Positions 48,840 to 60,389 of a stretch of DNA of 64,000 nucleotides are shown piece after piece (within the stretch, counting starts at the first letter, position 1; each line of letters begins with the position of its first letter). The notes under the pieces were generated by a model. The model did no database searches, had not been told where the DNA came from, and saw nothing but the letters and a program-made list of their open reading frames with translations. The DNA comes from Hypanus sabinus (taxonomy: Eukaryota), in NCBI RefSeq assembly GCF_030144855.1, contig NC_082730.1:1488001-1552000 (forward strand), read 5' to 3'. The position numbers and the translations under genes are program-made.

Positions 48840-49072
48840 ATGTCCAGCTCACGGAGGGCCCTGATTGGAGTGGGCCAGATGACCGCGTCTGCAGACAAGG
48901 AGCACAATTTCCAGCAGTGCCAGGAGCTGGTGAAGATAGGGGCTGCCCGCGGAGTCCACATGCTTTTCCTGCCTGAGGCCTTCGATTACATCACACCCAG
49001 CACTGAGGAAACCCTCCACCTCGCTGAGGGTCTTGACGGAGAGCTGATAGAGAGATACCGGCAACTGGCCAG
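48840..49072 (+). CDS. NIT1: Deaminated glutathione amidase (nitrilase 1); exon starts at 48830, ATG at 48840
   Basis: GQMT..ADK..NF..C.ELV..FLPEAFD (catalytic Glu); GCAG acceptor, AG|GTAGAC donor. Confidence 0.95.
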
Positions 49073-49507
49073 GTAGACCTCCTTGATCCTCTATATTTGC
49101 CACTTATCTCCATTCACTCATTCCCCTCGTTCCCCTCCATCCCCCTTGTCCCCTCAGTCCCCCTCATTGCCTATGTTCCCCTCCAGCCTCCTCATTCCTT
49201 CCTGTCCCTCTCCATCCTCACTGTCTTCCTCCAATCCCTCATTCCCTCCATCCTCCTCATTCCCTCCATCTCTCTTGTGCCTCCAACCCCATGTCCCCTC
49301 GTGCTCCTCTGTCGCATTCGTCCCTCTCATCTCTCTCGTTTCTCTCTGTCCCTATCGTTGCCTTTGTCAGCATCATCCCCCTCTATCCCTCCTCATCCCT
49401 CAGTTCCCATTAACAACCTCCCCCCATCCCGCTGCATCGTCTCTCCCTCGATTTCCCGCACCTTTTGCCCCCTTCACCCTCTCTCAAAGGCCTGTATCTG
49501 TCTGCAG

Positions 49508-49611
49508 GGAGTCCAGACTCTGGCTGTCCCTGGGTGGGTTCCACGAGCGAGGACCACACTGGGATCAGGACCGGCGAGTCTACAATACCCACCTGCTACT
49601 TGATGACTCGG
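49508..49611 (+). CDS. NIT1: NIT1 exon (104 nt)
   Basis: LWLSLGGFHERG..W...VYNTH; CAG acceptor, G|GTAAGA donor. Confidence 0.95.
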
Positions 49612-49864
49612 GTAAGAGGGATTGGCGGATTGAAGAGCCGTGTGGGCTGGTGGGAGGGAGGAGGTCCCGGATCAAGGAAGGATGGGGAGAGACCGCCCTG
49701 TGTCTGGGACAGATATGATTGTGAGGACCAGCTAGCCCTGGATAATTATACAAATCCAGGTTGATGCTTTCTGTTTGCCGTCACTGGGGGTGGTGTGACC
49801 ATAGGGAGATGGATTTAAAACCAGGAGGCAGAGCTACAAAGTATATTAATCCTGTTGTATATAG

Positions 49865-49998
49865 GACAAACTGTGGGGCTCTACCGAAAGACCCACCTCT
49901 TCGATGTGGATCTCCCGGGTCAGGTCTCACTCAAGGAGAGCAGCTTCACTATACCCGGACCACAAATTGAGCTGCCGGTTACAACTCCGATTGGCAAG
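49865..49998 (+). CDS. NIT1: NIT1 exon (134 nt)
   Basis: YRKTHLFDV (catalytic Lys)..PV.TPIGK|GTAAAT. Confidence 0.95.
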
Positions 49999-50009
49999 GT
50001 AAATATGAT

Positions 50010-50225
50010 GGGACTGTGTCTGATCTGCGACCTGGATGTGTGTGATGGGACAGTATAGAGGGCATGTGTGAAGGGACAATGTAGAGGGAACTTCTCTCTG
50101 TGTCTGACTCATTCCCTGGGAGTGTGTGTTGGATAGTGTGGAGGGCGATTCACTCTGTGTCTGACCCATTCCCTGGGAGTATATGATGGATAGTGTGGAG
50201 GGAGATTCTCTCTGTATCTGACCAG
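50010..50225. repeat. ~60-bp intronic satellite; related copies at 31300-31410
   Basis: CTGGGAGTGTGTG.TGGATAGTGTGGAGGG.GATTC.CTCTGTGTCTGACC units. Confidence 0.8.
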
Positions 50226-50246
50226 TGTTGTGCTTTCCTACCACAG

Positions 50247-50372
50247 ATTGGACTTGCTATTTGTTATGATCTTCGATTCCCAGAAATATCTCGAACTCTA
50301 GCTGATGCTGGAGCAGAAATTCTTACATTTCCATCTGCTTTTACATTAACGACTGGCATGGCACATTGGGAG
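50247..50372 (+). CDS. NIT1: NIT1 exon (126 nt)
   Basis: IGLAICYDLRFPE (catalytic Cys)..GAEILTFPSAF..TG.AHWE|GTGAGG. Confidence 0.96.
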
Positions 50373-50438
50373 GTGAGGCTTCATGAAAGTAATTTCACTC
50401 TGTCAAATTTCAGGTATGAAGGAAAATGCTTAATAATG

Positions 50439-50439
<1 letters not shown>

Positions 50440-50474
<35 letters not shown>

Positions 50475-50477
50475 GTG
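50440..50477. repeat. (TG)n microsatellite
   Basis: Seen directly. Confidence 0.95.
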
Positions 50478-50514
50478 AGAAATAAGGTGAAAACTTCAAA
50501 GACTTGGCATCTTG

Positions 50515-53021
50515 TAGGTTATATCATCGTTCAGAAGAGGGTTTGCAGAGACGTAGAGATTACACGAGCCGTGATCAGTGCTGATGATGGTGTGACAGAC
50601 CAACTGCTTATTTGCTCACAAACGACCGTCAAAATCATGCGGAGGAGTGGAGCGCAAAAGAAAATGAGCCCTCCCAGGTTCAACATCAACAGCCTAAAAG
50701 ACACAGCGAAGGTACAATATCTCCAGGCTACCCTTTCTGAAAGATTCCCAAAGCAGTATCTGGAAGACATTGAAGCATACTGGACTACACTGAGGATCAC
50801 CATCCTTGATACTTGTGAAAACATCATTAGATACAAGACCTGCAAAAACAAAGGTTGGTTTGATGAAAATGACAACAAAATAATAGAGCTAATCAACAAC
50901 GAAAGGAAAACTTTCTGTGCCTGGCAGAAAGACATCAGCTGCAAGGCTAAAAAAGCAGCCCATTTCAAACAAAGGCCTTAGTCTAGCATAGGGTAAGGGG
51001 AATAAAGAATCAGTGGTGGACAGAGAAGGCCCCAGAAACACAGCAGCCTGCTGATTCTGGTGATATCAGGGTTTCTTTATTGCTGCCATGGCAGTGGCCT
51101 AAACTCCCTTCGCACCAAAGATGGATTTGCTGCTAAAGGACAATGATGCCATCGGATGGCAAGGTCACTTTCAGGAGCTACTTAATCCTAACACCACTGT
51201 TGACATTGAAATCACTTACCAGCTCCCACAACAACTCATGGAGGAGGATGTGAGTAAGCCTCCTAGTATCAAAAAGGTGCAGACAGCTTACAAGAAATTG
51301 AGGAACAACAAGGCCACCAGGCCTGATGGAATTCCAGCAGAAATTCTCAAGGAAGGTGGCACAGAACTTTTAAATCGTATTCATGACCTGCTGGGACCAG
51401 GAGAAGATTCTGGCTGAACTCAGGGATGCCCAGATTGTCACGCTCTTCAAAAAGGGTGACAAAGCTGACTGCAGAAACCATAGTGGCATATCCCTCCTCT
51501 CTACAACAGGAAAGTACTCATCTGAATTTTATGTGACCAGTTTTCACCTCTGACAGAAGATCTCCTGCCTGAGTCTCAGTTTGGCTTCCATTCAGCCAGA
51601 GGAGTATCTGACATGATTTTTACAGCACATCAATTGCAGGAGAAAGCTCGGGAACAAAATCTCCCACATTATATGGCTTTCATAGACTTTACAAAAGCAT
51701 TTGAATCCATAAATCATTTTGTCCTTTGGCAGGTACTGTCCAAAATTGGGAGCCCAGAGAAAGGTCTTGCAGCTCTTCGACAATGATATGAGTGCAACAG
51801 TCATTAGCAGCAGCAGCCGTGAGACAGCTCCTTTTAAGGTTGGGACCAGGGTCAAACAGGGGTGCATCATTGCCCCAACACTGTTTGCCATTTTCATTGC
51901 AACCATTCTTCACCTCACAGGCCAAGACCTCCCACAAGGAGTCCAGACTCTCTGTAGGACAGATGGTAGTGATGGGGGGGGGGGGAACACTCTCCAATGT
52001 TAACAAGTTCAAGACAAAGAGCAAGGTGTCAACTACTTCCATCATGGAGCTCCAATATGCAGACAACATCGTAGCTCACTCTGAGGAGGATCTGCAGTGT
52101 ATAATGGATGCTTTTACCAGAGCATACAAACTCCTGGAACTTGATCTAAACATCAAGAAAACCCAAGTCCTGCACCAACCTGCTCCAAATCAAGCTCCTA
52201 AACCTCTAACCATCCAAGTTGACAACATCCCCCTGGAGAACACTGATCATTTCCCATACCTTGGTAGCCTTCTTTCTTCAAGAGGCAACATTACCTTGAA
52301 ATAAATCACGGAATTGGCTGTGCGAGTGCAGCTGTTGCCAGGTTGAGAAAGAGGGATTTTGAAGATCAAGATATCAAGACCCACACTAAGCTTACGGTTT
52401 ATAAAGCTAAAGTCCTCACCTACTTGCTATATGGAGTGGAGTCATGGACAACATACTGCAGTCACATAAAATCCTTAGAAGCTTACCATTAAAGATGCCT
52501 CTGAAAGATTCAGAGAGCTGAAGAACAGGCATGCTAACTCAAGTATCCTGTTGGAAGCTAACATTAACCCCATAGCCACAGTCGTGTATGTGATCACAAT
52601 TGTGATGTGTCAGCCACATCATCCGAATCCCTGACTCCTGCCTCCCTAAACAACTCCTGTTCGGCCAAATCAAGGATGCAAAGTGGCTCCTGGAGGTCAG
52701 AAAAAGCAGCTCAAGGACTATATCGAAACCCACCCGAAGAAGTGCCACATCAACCTGAATGGATGTGAGAAGTAATCACAGGGAAAGCTGGAGAGGGACT
52801 ATCTATGAGGGGAATGCACAGCCGGAAGAATACCTGCACTGTGCCACTGAGACTAAGCGGCTTCAACATAAGGAGAGACTGGGAAAAGTCCAACCAGCTA
52901 CATCCACCAGCATCTCAATGGCCTACACCTGCCAACACTGCAGTAGGACTTGTAGATCACAGACCGGCCTCTTCAGTTATCTCAAGACCCACAAGTGAGC
53001 AGATCAACACCAGGAAAGGAA
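50515..53021 (+). mobile_element. RTE-clade LINE, degenerate, in the last NIT1 intron
   Basis: WFDEND, KA..PDGIPAEILK, VKQGCIIAPTLF, ELQYAD, FPYLGS and a C-terminal C2H2 motif (CQHCSRTCRS..GLFSY.KTH). Confidence 0.88.
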
Positions 53022-53175
53022 NNNNNNNNNNNNNNNNNNNNNNNNNNNNNNNNNNNNNNNNNNNNNNNNNNNNNNNNNNNNNNNNNNNNNNNNNNNNNNN
53101 NNNNNNNNNNNNNNNNNNNNNNNNNNNNNNNNNNNNNNNNNNNNNNNNNNNNNNNNNNNNNNNNNNNNNNNNNNN
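53022..53175. other. Assembly gap (154 N)
   Basis: N run. Confidence 1.
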
Positions 53176-53270
53176 TCCTTTAGTAGTGCATTCTGTGTGT
53201 TAGATGCATGTGTGGACTCCCACAATGTGACCCACTGTTGCCCTGCCACTCATCCTGTTCTCTCTGGCAG

Positions 53271-53543
53271 ACTCTCCTGCGGAGCCGGGCGATCGAGACG
53301 CAGTGCTATGTGGTTGCGGCTGCACAGACAGGCCGGCACAATGACCGCCGCTTGTCCTTTGGCCACTCCATGGTGGTGGACCCCTGGGGCTGTGTGTTGG
53401 CCCAGTGTGGACAGGGCCTAGGTCTCTGCTGTGCTGAGATCGACCTGGACTACCTGCAGCAGGTGCGCCAACAGATGCCCGTGACCCAACACCGGCGGTG
53501 CGATCTCTACGGGAGTGTGGGTAAACCTCCATCCCTTAGCTGA
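53271..53543 (+). CDS. NIT1: NIT1 last exon (289 aa from the ATG at 48840)
   Basis: LLRSRAIETQCYVVAAAQTGRH..SFGHSMVVDPWG..HRR.DLYG; AATAAA at 53626-53631. Confidence 0.96.
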   Translation, partial: TLLRSRAIETQCYVVAAAQTGRHNDRRLSFGHSMVVDPWGCVLAQCGQGLGLCCAEIDLDYLQQVRQQMPVTQHRRCDLYGSVGKPPSLS

Positions 53544-54067
53544 CTGTTCTCCTCATACTCTCACCAACGTTAATCAGGCACCAGAACTGTCTGTGTTTAT
53601 CAAATCTTATACACCTGCTGCTGTCAATAAAGGAAATATTACCAGGGGCTGTCCGCTTAAGACTGGCAGAGGAATGAGGTGGGCATGAAGGACTGTGGGT
53701 GAAGGAGCAGAATGTGTGAGAGATGATTGAGGGGGATGGTGTATGTGAGAAAGATCTTACTAGAGTTTTTGTGGTCACTCGATGGATATTGCTGTGTATG
53801 AGCATGTGTGTGTCTGTCTCTCTGGATCCTGCCATGCAGTTGGGGATCATCATCAAATTTGTACATAAGACGGAGAAGACTTAGGCGTTTTGGTCTATAT
53901 CTGTAAGAGCACTGACTACAGGAGCTGGGACATTATGTTGCAGATATACAGCATGTAGGTGAAGCCACATTTGGAATACTGTGTTCAGTTTTGGTCATCC
54001 TGATGTAGGAAAGATGTGATTAAGCTGGAAAGAGTGCAGAGGAGATTACTGATGATGTTGTCAGGAC

Positions 54068-57000
54068 AGAGCGTCTTTTCAGAGCGGGCAGCGGAGTCCG
54101 TGGAAGCAGAGTCCTGGGCTTTGGCTAAGTGGGCTTCGGCGTAAGGGGACTTCGGTAAGCCTGTGTGATTGCTCGCTGAGGGGAAGAAGGTAAGGTCGCT
54201 AGGTGCTTTTTAGACATTCTATTAATCCAGTTCAGGTATGGGGGAGACAGTCAGAGCAGTGGTGTGCTCCGTATGCAGTATGTGGGAGGTCAGGGTCAAC
54301 ACAGTTGTTCCTGATGACCACACCTGCAAAAGGTGCGTCCAGCTGCAGCTCCTATCAGCCCGTGTTAGGGAGTTGGAGCAGGAGCTGGATGAACTACAGA
54401 TCATTCGGGAGGCAGAGGCAGAGATAGATAGGAGTTATCAGGAGGTAGTCACACCAAAAAACCAAGAAGTAGGCAGATGGGTGACGGTCCAGAGAGGCAG
54501 AGGGAGCAGGCAGAGAGAGCAGAGCACCCCTGCGGCCATTCCCATTAACAATAAGTATACCGTACTGGATATTGTTGATGGGGATGACCTACCAGGAATG
54601 AGTTGCAGTGGTCCTGCCTCTGGCACAGAGGTTGAACCCTCAACTAGAAAGGGGAGGAGGGAAGAGAAGAGAGCGATAGTTTTAGGGGACTCTATAGTTA
54701 GGGGGGCAGATAGGAGATTTTGTGGGGCAGATCGGGAGTCTCGGATGGTATGTTGCCTCCCTGGTGCCAGGGTCCAGGACATCTCAGATCGGGTGCAGGC
54801 TATTCTTGAGAATGAGGGCATGAACCCAGATGTAGTGGTCCATGTAGGGACCAATGATGTAGGTAAGGTGAGTGAGGGGGTCCTGCTTAGAGAGTTCAGG
54901 GAGTTAGGAGTGAAGCTGAAAGGCAGGACCTCCAGGGTGACAATCTCGGGACTGTTACCTGTGCCACGTGCGAGTGAGGCGAAGAATAGAATGATTATGC
55001 ACATTAATACGAGGCTGAGAGCATGGTGCAGGAAGGAAGGGTTCAGGTTTTTGGATAATTGGTCTTTGTTCCAGGGATATTGGGATCTGTTTCGAAGGGA
55101 TGGTCGACATCTGAACCGGAGGGGTACTAACATTCTTGCAGGAGTATTTGCCAGTGCTGCTTGGGGGGGTTTAAACTAGATGTGCAGGGGGCAGGGATCC
55201 AGATCCAGAGGGTTGGTCAGAAGGTGCTTGGGGTTAAATGTGTAGAAGGTTTGGGTGATCTTGAGAAGGTCATCAAAATTCAGGGTGCAATTTGCCCGAT
55301 GGAAGTTCAAGGAGCTGGGTTAGGTACAGTAGACAGTGTCTTAAGCAAAGAGAGGAGGAATGGGCTAAGAATTCTATACTTGAATGCGCGTAGTGTCAGA
55401 AATAAGACAGATGAGCTTGAAGCTCAGATGAAAATGGGGAACTACGATATTGTTGGGATAACGGAGACATGGCTGCAAGGGGATCAGGCCTGGGAATTGA
55501 GTGTACCAGGGTATACGTGCTATCGTAGAGACAGAAATATGGGAAGAGGGGGTGGGGTGGCCCTGTTGGTGAGGAATGAGATTCAGTCCTTAGCAAGAGG
55601 TGACTTGGGAACAGGGGAAGTAGAGTCTGTGTGGATTGAGCTGAGGAACAGTAAGGGTAAAAAGACCCTAATGGGTGTTGTGTACAGGCCCCCAAACAGT
55701 AGCGTGGATATTGGGTACAAGTTGATTAGGGAGTTAACATTGGCATGTGCTAAAGGCAATGCAGTCGTTATGGGAGATTTCAACATGCAGGTGAACTGGG
55801 AGAATCAGGTTGGTGCTGGACCCCAGGATAGGGAGTTTGTGGAGTGTCTAAGGGATGTATTTTTGGAACAGCTTGTGCTTGAGCCAACCAGGAACGAGGC
55901 TATTTTGGACTTGGTGATGTGTAATGAACAGGAATTGATAAGTGTCTTGAAGTAAAGGAGCCATTAGCAAGTAGTGATCATAACATGATAAGTTTTTATC
56001 TACAATTTGAGAGGGATAGGGGCAGATCAGAGGTGTCAGTGTTGCAATTAAATAAAGGAGACTACGGAGCCATGAGGGAAGAGCTGGCCAAAGTTAAATG
56101 GGCGGATGCCCTGGCAGGAAAGACAGTGGATCAGCAGTGGCAGATATTCTTGGGCATAATACAAAAGATGCAAATGCAGTTCATTCCAATGAGAAGGAAG
56201 GATTCAAAGAGTGGGAAGGGGCCACAGTGGTTGACAAAGGAAGTCAGAGATTGTATAGCATTAAAGAAAAAGAAGTATGACAGGGCTAAGATGAGTGGGA
56301 ATACAGATGATTGGGAAAGTTTTAAGGAACAGCAGATCTTAACTAAAAAAGTAATACGGAGAGAAAAAAATCAGGTATGAGCTCAGTCTAGCCAGGAATA
56401 TAAAAGGGGATAGCAAAAGCTTTTTTAGCTATGTGAAGAGAAAGAAGATAGTTAAGAACAATGTTGGCCCCTTGAAGAATGAATTGGGAGAAATTGTTAT
56501 GGGAAACAGGGAAATGGCAACAGAATTTAATGCATACTTTAGATCTGTCTTCACCAGGGAGGACACAAGCAATCTCCCAGATGTGTGGATGGGCCAGGGT
56601 CATAAGATATCAGAGGAATTGAGACAGATTGACATTAGGAAAGAAACTGTGATGAGTAGACTGGTAGGACTGAAGGCTAATAAATCCCCGGGTCCAGATG
56701 GTCTGCATCCGAGGGTTCTAAAAGAGGTGGCTCAGAAAATTGCGGATGCATTGGTGATCATTTTCCAATGTTCCTTAGATTCAGGATCAGTTCCTGAAGA
56801 TTGGAGAGTGGCTAATGTTATCCCACTTTTCAAGAAGGGAGGGAAGGAGAAAAAGAGAACTATTGCCCTGTTAGCCTAACGTCAGTCGTGGGGAAGATGC
56901 TTGAGTCCATTATTAAGGACGAAATAGTGGCACATCTAGATGGCAGAAATAGGATTAGGCCGAGCCAGCATGGATTTACCAAGGGCAAATCATGCTTGAC

Positions 57001-58253
57001 TAATCTGTTGGAGTTTTTTGAGGGTGTAACAAGGATGTTAGACGAGGGTAAGCCAGTGGATGTTGTATACCTAGATTTTCAGAAGGCATTCGATAAGGTG
57101 CCACATAGGAGATTGGTGAGTAAAATCAGAGCTCATGGCATTGGGGGCAGGGTTTCAACATGGATAGAAAACTGGTTGGCAGATAGAAAGCAAAGGGTAG
57201 CAGTGAATGGGTGTTTCTCGGACTGACTGGAGGTGACTAGTGGGGTACCACAGGGCTCTGTATTGGGACCACAGCTCTTTACGATTTATGTCAACGATTT
57301 AGATGAGGGCATTGAAAACTATATCAGCAAGTTTGCTGATGATACTAAACTGGGTGGCAGTGTGACATGCGAAGAGGACGTTAGGAGAATACAGGGAGAC
57401 TTGGATAGGCTGGGTGAGTGGGCAGATACTTGGCAGATGTCATTCAATGTGAATAAATGTGAAGTTATCCACTTTGGAAGCAGGAACAAGAGGGCAGAGT
57501 ATTGTCTGAATGGTGTAGAGTTAGGAAAGGGGGAAATGCAAAGAGACCTAGGAGTCCTAGTTCACCAGTCAATGAAGGTGAATGAGCAAGTGCAACAGGC
57601 AGTGAAGAGGGCAAATGGAATGTTGGTCTTTTTTACAAGGGGAATTGAGTACAAGAGCAAGGATGTCCTTTTGCATTTGTACAGGGCCCTGGTGAGACCA
57701 CACCTGGAATATTATGTACAGTTTTGGTCTCCAGGTTTAAGGAAGGACATTCTGGCAATTGAGAAAGTGCAGCGTAGATTCATTAGGTTGATTCCTGGGA
57801 TGGCACGGCTGCCTTACGCAGAGAGATTGGAGAGATTGGGCTTGTACACGCTGGAATTGAAGAGATTGAGAGGGGATCTGATTGAAACATTTAAGATAAT
57901 TAGAGGATTTGATAGGATTGAGGCAGGAAATATGTTCCAGATGTTGGGAGAGTCCAGTACCAGAGGGCATGGATTGAGAATAAGAGGTCAGTTATTTAAA
58001 ACAGAGTTGAGGAAGAGCTTCTTCTCCCAGAGAGTTGTGGAGGTGTGGAATGCACTGCCTCAGAAAACGGTGGAGGCCAATTCTCTGGATGCTTTCAAGA
58101 AGGAGCTAGATAGATATCTGATGGATAGGGGAATCAAGGGATATGGGGACAAGGCAGGGACTGGGTATTGATAGTGAATGGTCAGCCATGATCTCAGAAT
58201 GGCGGTGCAGACTCGAGGGGCCGAATGGTCTACTTCTGCACCTATTGTCTATT
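54068..58253 (+). mobile_element. Full-length young CR1 LINE (copy C): intact ORF1, disrupted ORF2
   Basis: 5' UTR; ORF1 54238-55179; ORF2 pieces 55161-58171 (endonuclease + RT); CTATTGTCTATT tail; inserted in an older CR1 (53870-58650) with possible GACA duplication. Confidence 0.97.
54238..55179 (+). CDS. CR1 ORF1p: zinc finger / coiled coil + SGNH esterase domain
   Basis: CSVCSMW..C.RC, heptad repeat, VLGDSIVRG, VHVGTND, DG.HL. Confidence 0.9.
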   Translation: MGETVRAVVCSVCSMWEVRVNTVVPDDHTCKRCVQLQLLSARVRELEQELDELQIIREAEAEIDRSYQEVVTPKNQEVGRWVTVQRGRGSRQREQSTPAAIPINNKYTVLDIVDGDDLPGMSCSGPASGTEVEPSTRKGRREEKRAIVLGDSIVRGADRRFCGADRESRMVCCLPGARVQDISDRVQAILENEGMNPDVVVHVGTNDVGKVSEGVLLREFRELGVKLKGRTSRVTISGLLPVPRASEAKNRMIMHINTRLRAWCRKEGFRFLDNWSLFQGYWDLFRRDGRHLNRRGTNILAGVFASAAWGGLN

Positions 58254-58759
58254 GACACGGACTGAGTTCTGGGAGAGAGGTTGGACTTGTTAAGAATGTC
58301 CTTGCTGGAGCTTGGGAGAAGGAAGAGTGATCTCATGGGGGTGTATAAAATTCTCAGTGATGTGGATTGAGTCAGTACACTCATTGACGAGCCAGAGGGC
58401 ACAAGTTTACAGTGAAAGGGCAGAGGTTTAATAAGGACTTTAGGGCAACTTTTTCACCAAAGGCTAGTCAGTATTTGGAATAAGCTACCACAGGAAGTGA
58501 TTGAGGCAGGTATGTTAGCAATATTTGCAAGGTACTTGGATAGGAAAGGTTTCGAAGGATTCTGGCCAAATCTAAGCAAATGGATCTACCTTAGATAGGC
58601 ACTTTGGCTAGTATGGACCATTTGGGACAAAGGGCCTGTTTCCACACTTTATGATTCTACGAGATGGTTGGGCTTCAATGACATAGACAGTGAAGAGCTG
58701 GACCCTGGAACTTATTCCTGTGGCTCGTCCCAGTCTGGATGTGATTATTCCTGAACAGG

Positions 58760-58990
58760 AGAGATCTGCAGATGCTGAATCTCTCCCAAATCCAAAACAA
58801 CACATAGAAAATGCTGGAGGAACTCAGCAGGTCAGGCAGCATCTATGGAGAGGAATAAACAGACGGCATTTCATTTCATGCTTAGACTCTTTGTTTCCAG
58901 TTCTGAAGAAGAGTCTTGGGCTGAAGTGTTGACTGTTTATTCATTTTGGTAGGTGCTGCCTGACCTGCTGAGTTCCTCCATCATTTAGTG
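58760..58990. mobile_element. Penelope-derived palindromic element
   Basis: Inverted arms TGGAGGAACTCAGCAGGTCAGGCAGCA / TGCTGCCTGACCTGCTGAGTTCCTCCA around a decayed hammerhead motif. Confidence 0.7.
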
Positions 58991-60389
58991 TATGAAGTTT
59001 ATTCCTGTTGTTTCCTGTCAGTTCGGCAGTCCAAGGTCCACACGGGTCTATTGCTGTCAATACTGTGTTGAACTTTTGTTTAATTGTCACTGCCTGCCCC
59101 TTATCAAAGAACTGTTGAAGGTTCAAACACACCACATCACCTTATCTGTTCAATAGTTACAACCTGAGCAATCGGCAGAGAGTTGGCCGGGTGTGATTTC
59201 TCTTTGATCATTCTGCACTGACTCTGCCCAGTCCAATTTCTAGCTGCTTTCCATCCCCTCCCTCCTTCAAATCCTGGGCTGCACGCCATCTAGTCCTGAG
59301 GGCTTATCGCCTTCTCACTCATTTCACCAGCAATAAATGTTATCGCATCATTAATTTCCACTGCTCATTCACTCTCAGTCCATTGGACTTCATTATTTCT
59401 GGGAGGTTTTCTGTATCCCCCTGTGTGAAAGGCAGACATAAGATATTCGTTGAACCTCTGTAATTCCATTGATACTTCCTCAATTTCTGAGAGTTCCTTG
59501 CTTCTTCTGTTTTCACTTCAGATCCTATAAAAAGCAAAAGTTTATTTGATTTGTTAGCTATTTCCCCACTTCACCAAATAACTTTAAGGGAGAGGGCAGG
59601 GAAATGGCGATAGAGGGAGAGAGAAAGAGAAGGAAGAGAGAGAGAGAGAGAGAAATAAAATGAGGTAGAATGACAAATGGATGGAAAGAGCAAGTGAGGC
59701 CAAAGCCAGGGAGTGAAGGGAAGGGAGAGGGAGAAGGAGGTGGGAGAGAGACAGAGGGTGAGAGAGTTTTAAAAAGACAGAGTGGGAAGAAGAGAGGGAA
59801 TCCTAAAATCTCAGAAAATTTACAATACAGGAGTAGTCTTTCAACGTTCATATCGTACAGGAACAGTTCCACCCCCTGGGTCTATCCCACTATCCCACAC
59901 TGGGTCTGTACCACTGTGGGTCATGGCCCATCACCCGCTGTGGGGAGGGTCTCTGTCTCTTCCCTATCAGGCAGTGTTCCAGACCCACACCATCTGGGGA
60001 AATGCCTTTCCTCCTCTCCCCTCTATTCAAGTCCCTGTTCCTGTAAACCTCTGCATCTGGTCTCAGGGAACTTGCTCCTTCCTATTTGTTTTGGCCAGAC
60101 TATTCACCATTTCACATCCCTCATCATCTCCTTGCTGCGTCCTTTGTTTAAAAAAAAACTTCCCCAGCTTCTCTTGTCTCTCCTCACAGTGACAGTCTTC
60201 CAGACACACCAATGTCCTTGTAAATTGACCCCTCCACCCTCTCCAGTGTGACCACAGTTCTTCTGGAATGTGGTCAGGCTGGGGTGTAACTAGTGTGGGA
60301 CACAGCTTTGGTGTCTCATCCCTGATCTTTTCTCTTTCTCAGGAATGAGAATGACCCTTCTAATTCTATGGCTTCTGAGGTGACTGATG

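Noticed and set aside
49083-50981. ORFs 49083-49718 and 50193-50981 as separate genes
   Set aside because: They are NIT1 exons read through into pyrimidine-rich intron or RTE sequence.
52805-53249. ORFs spanning the X run
   Set aside because: Artefacts of the assembly gap.
54238-55179. Intact 313-aa ORF as a host gene
   Set aside because: It is CR1 ORF1p within a complete LINE, with a near-identical partial copy at 18816-19127.
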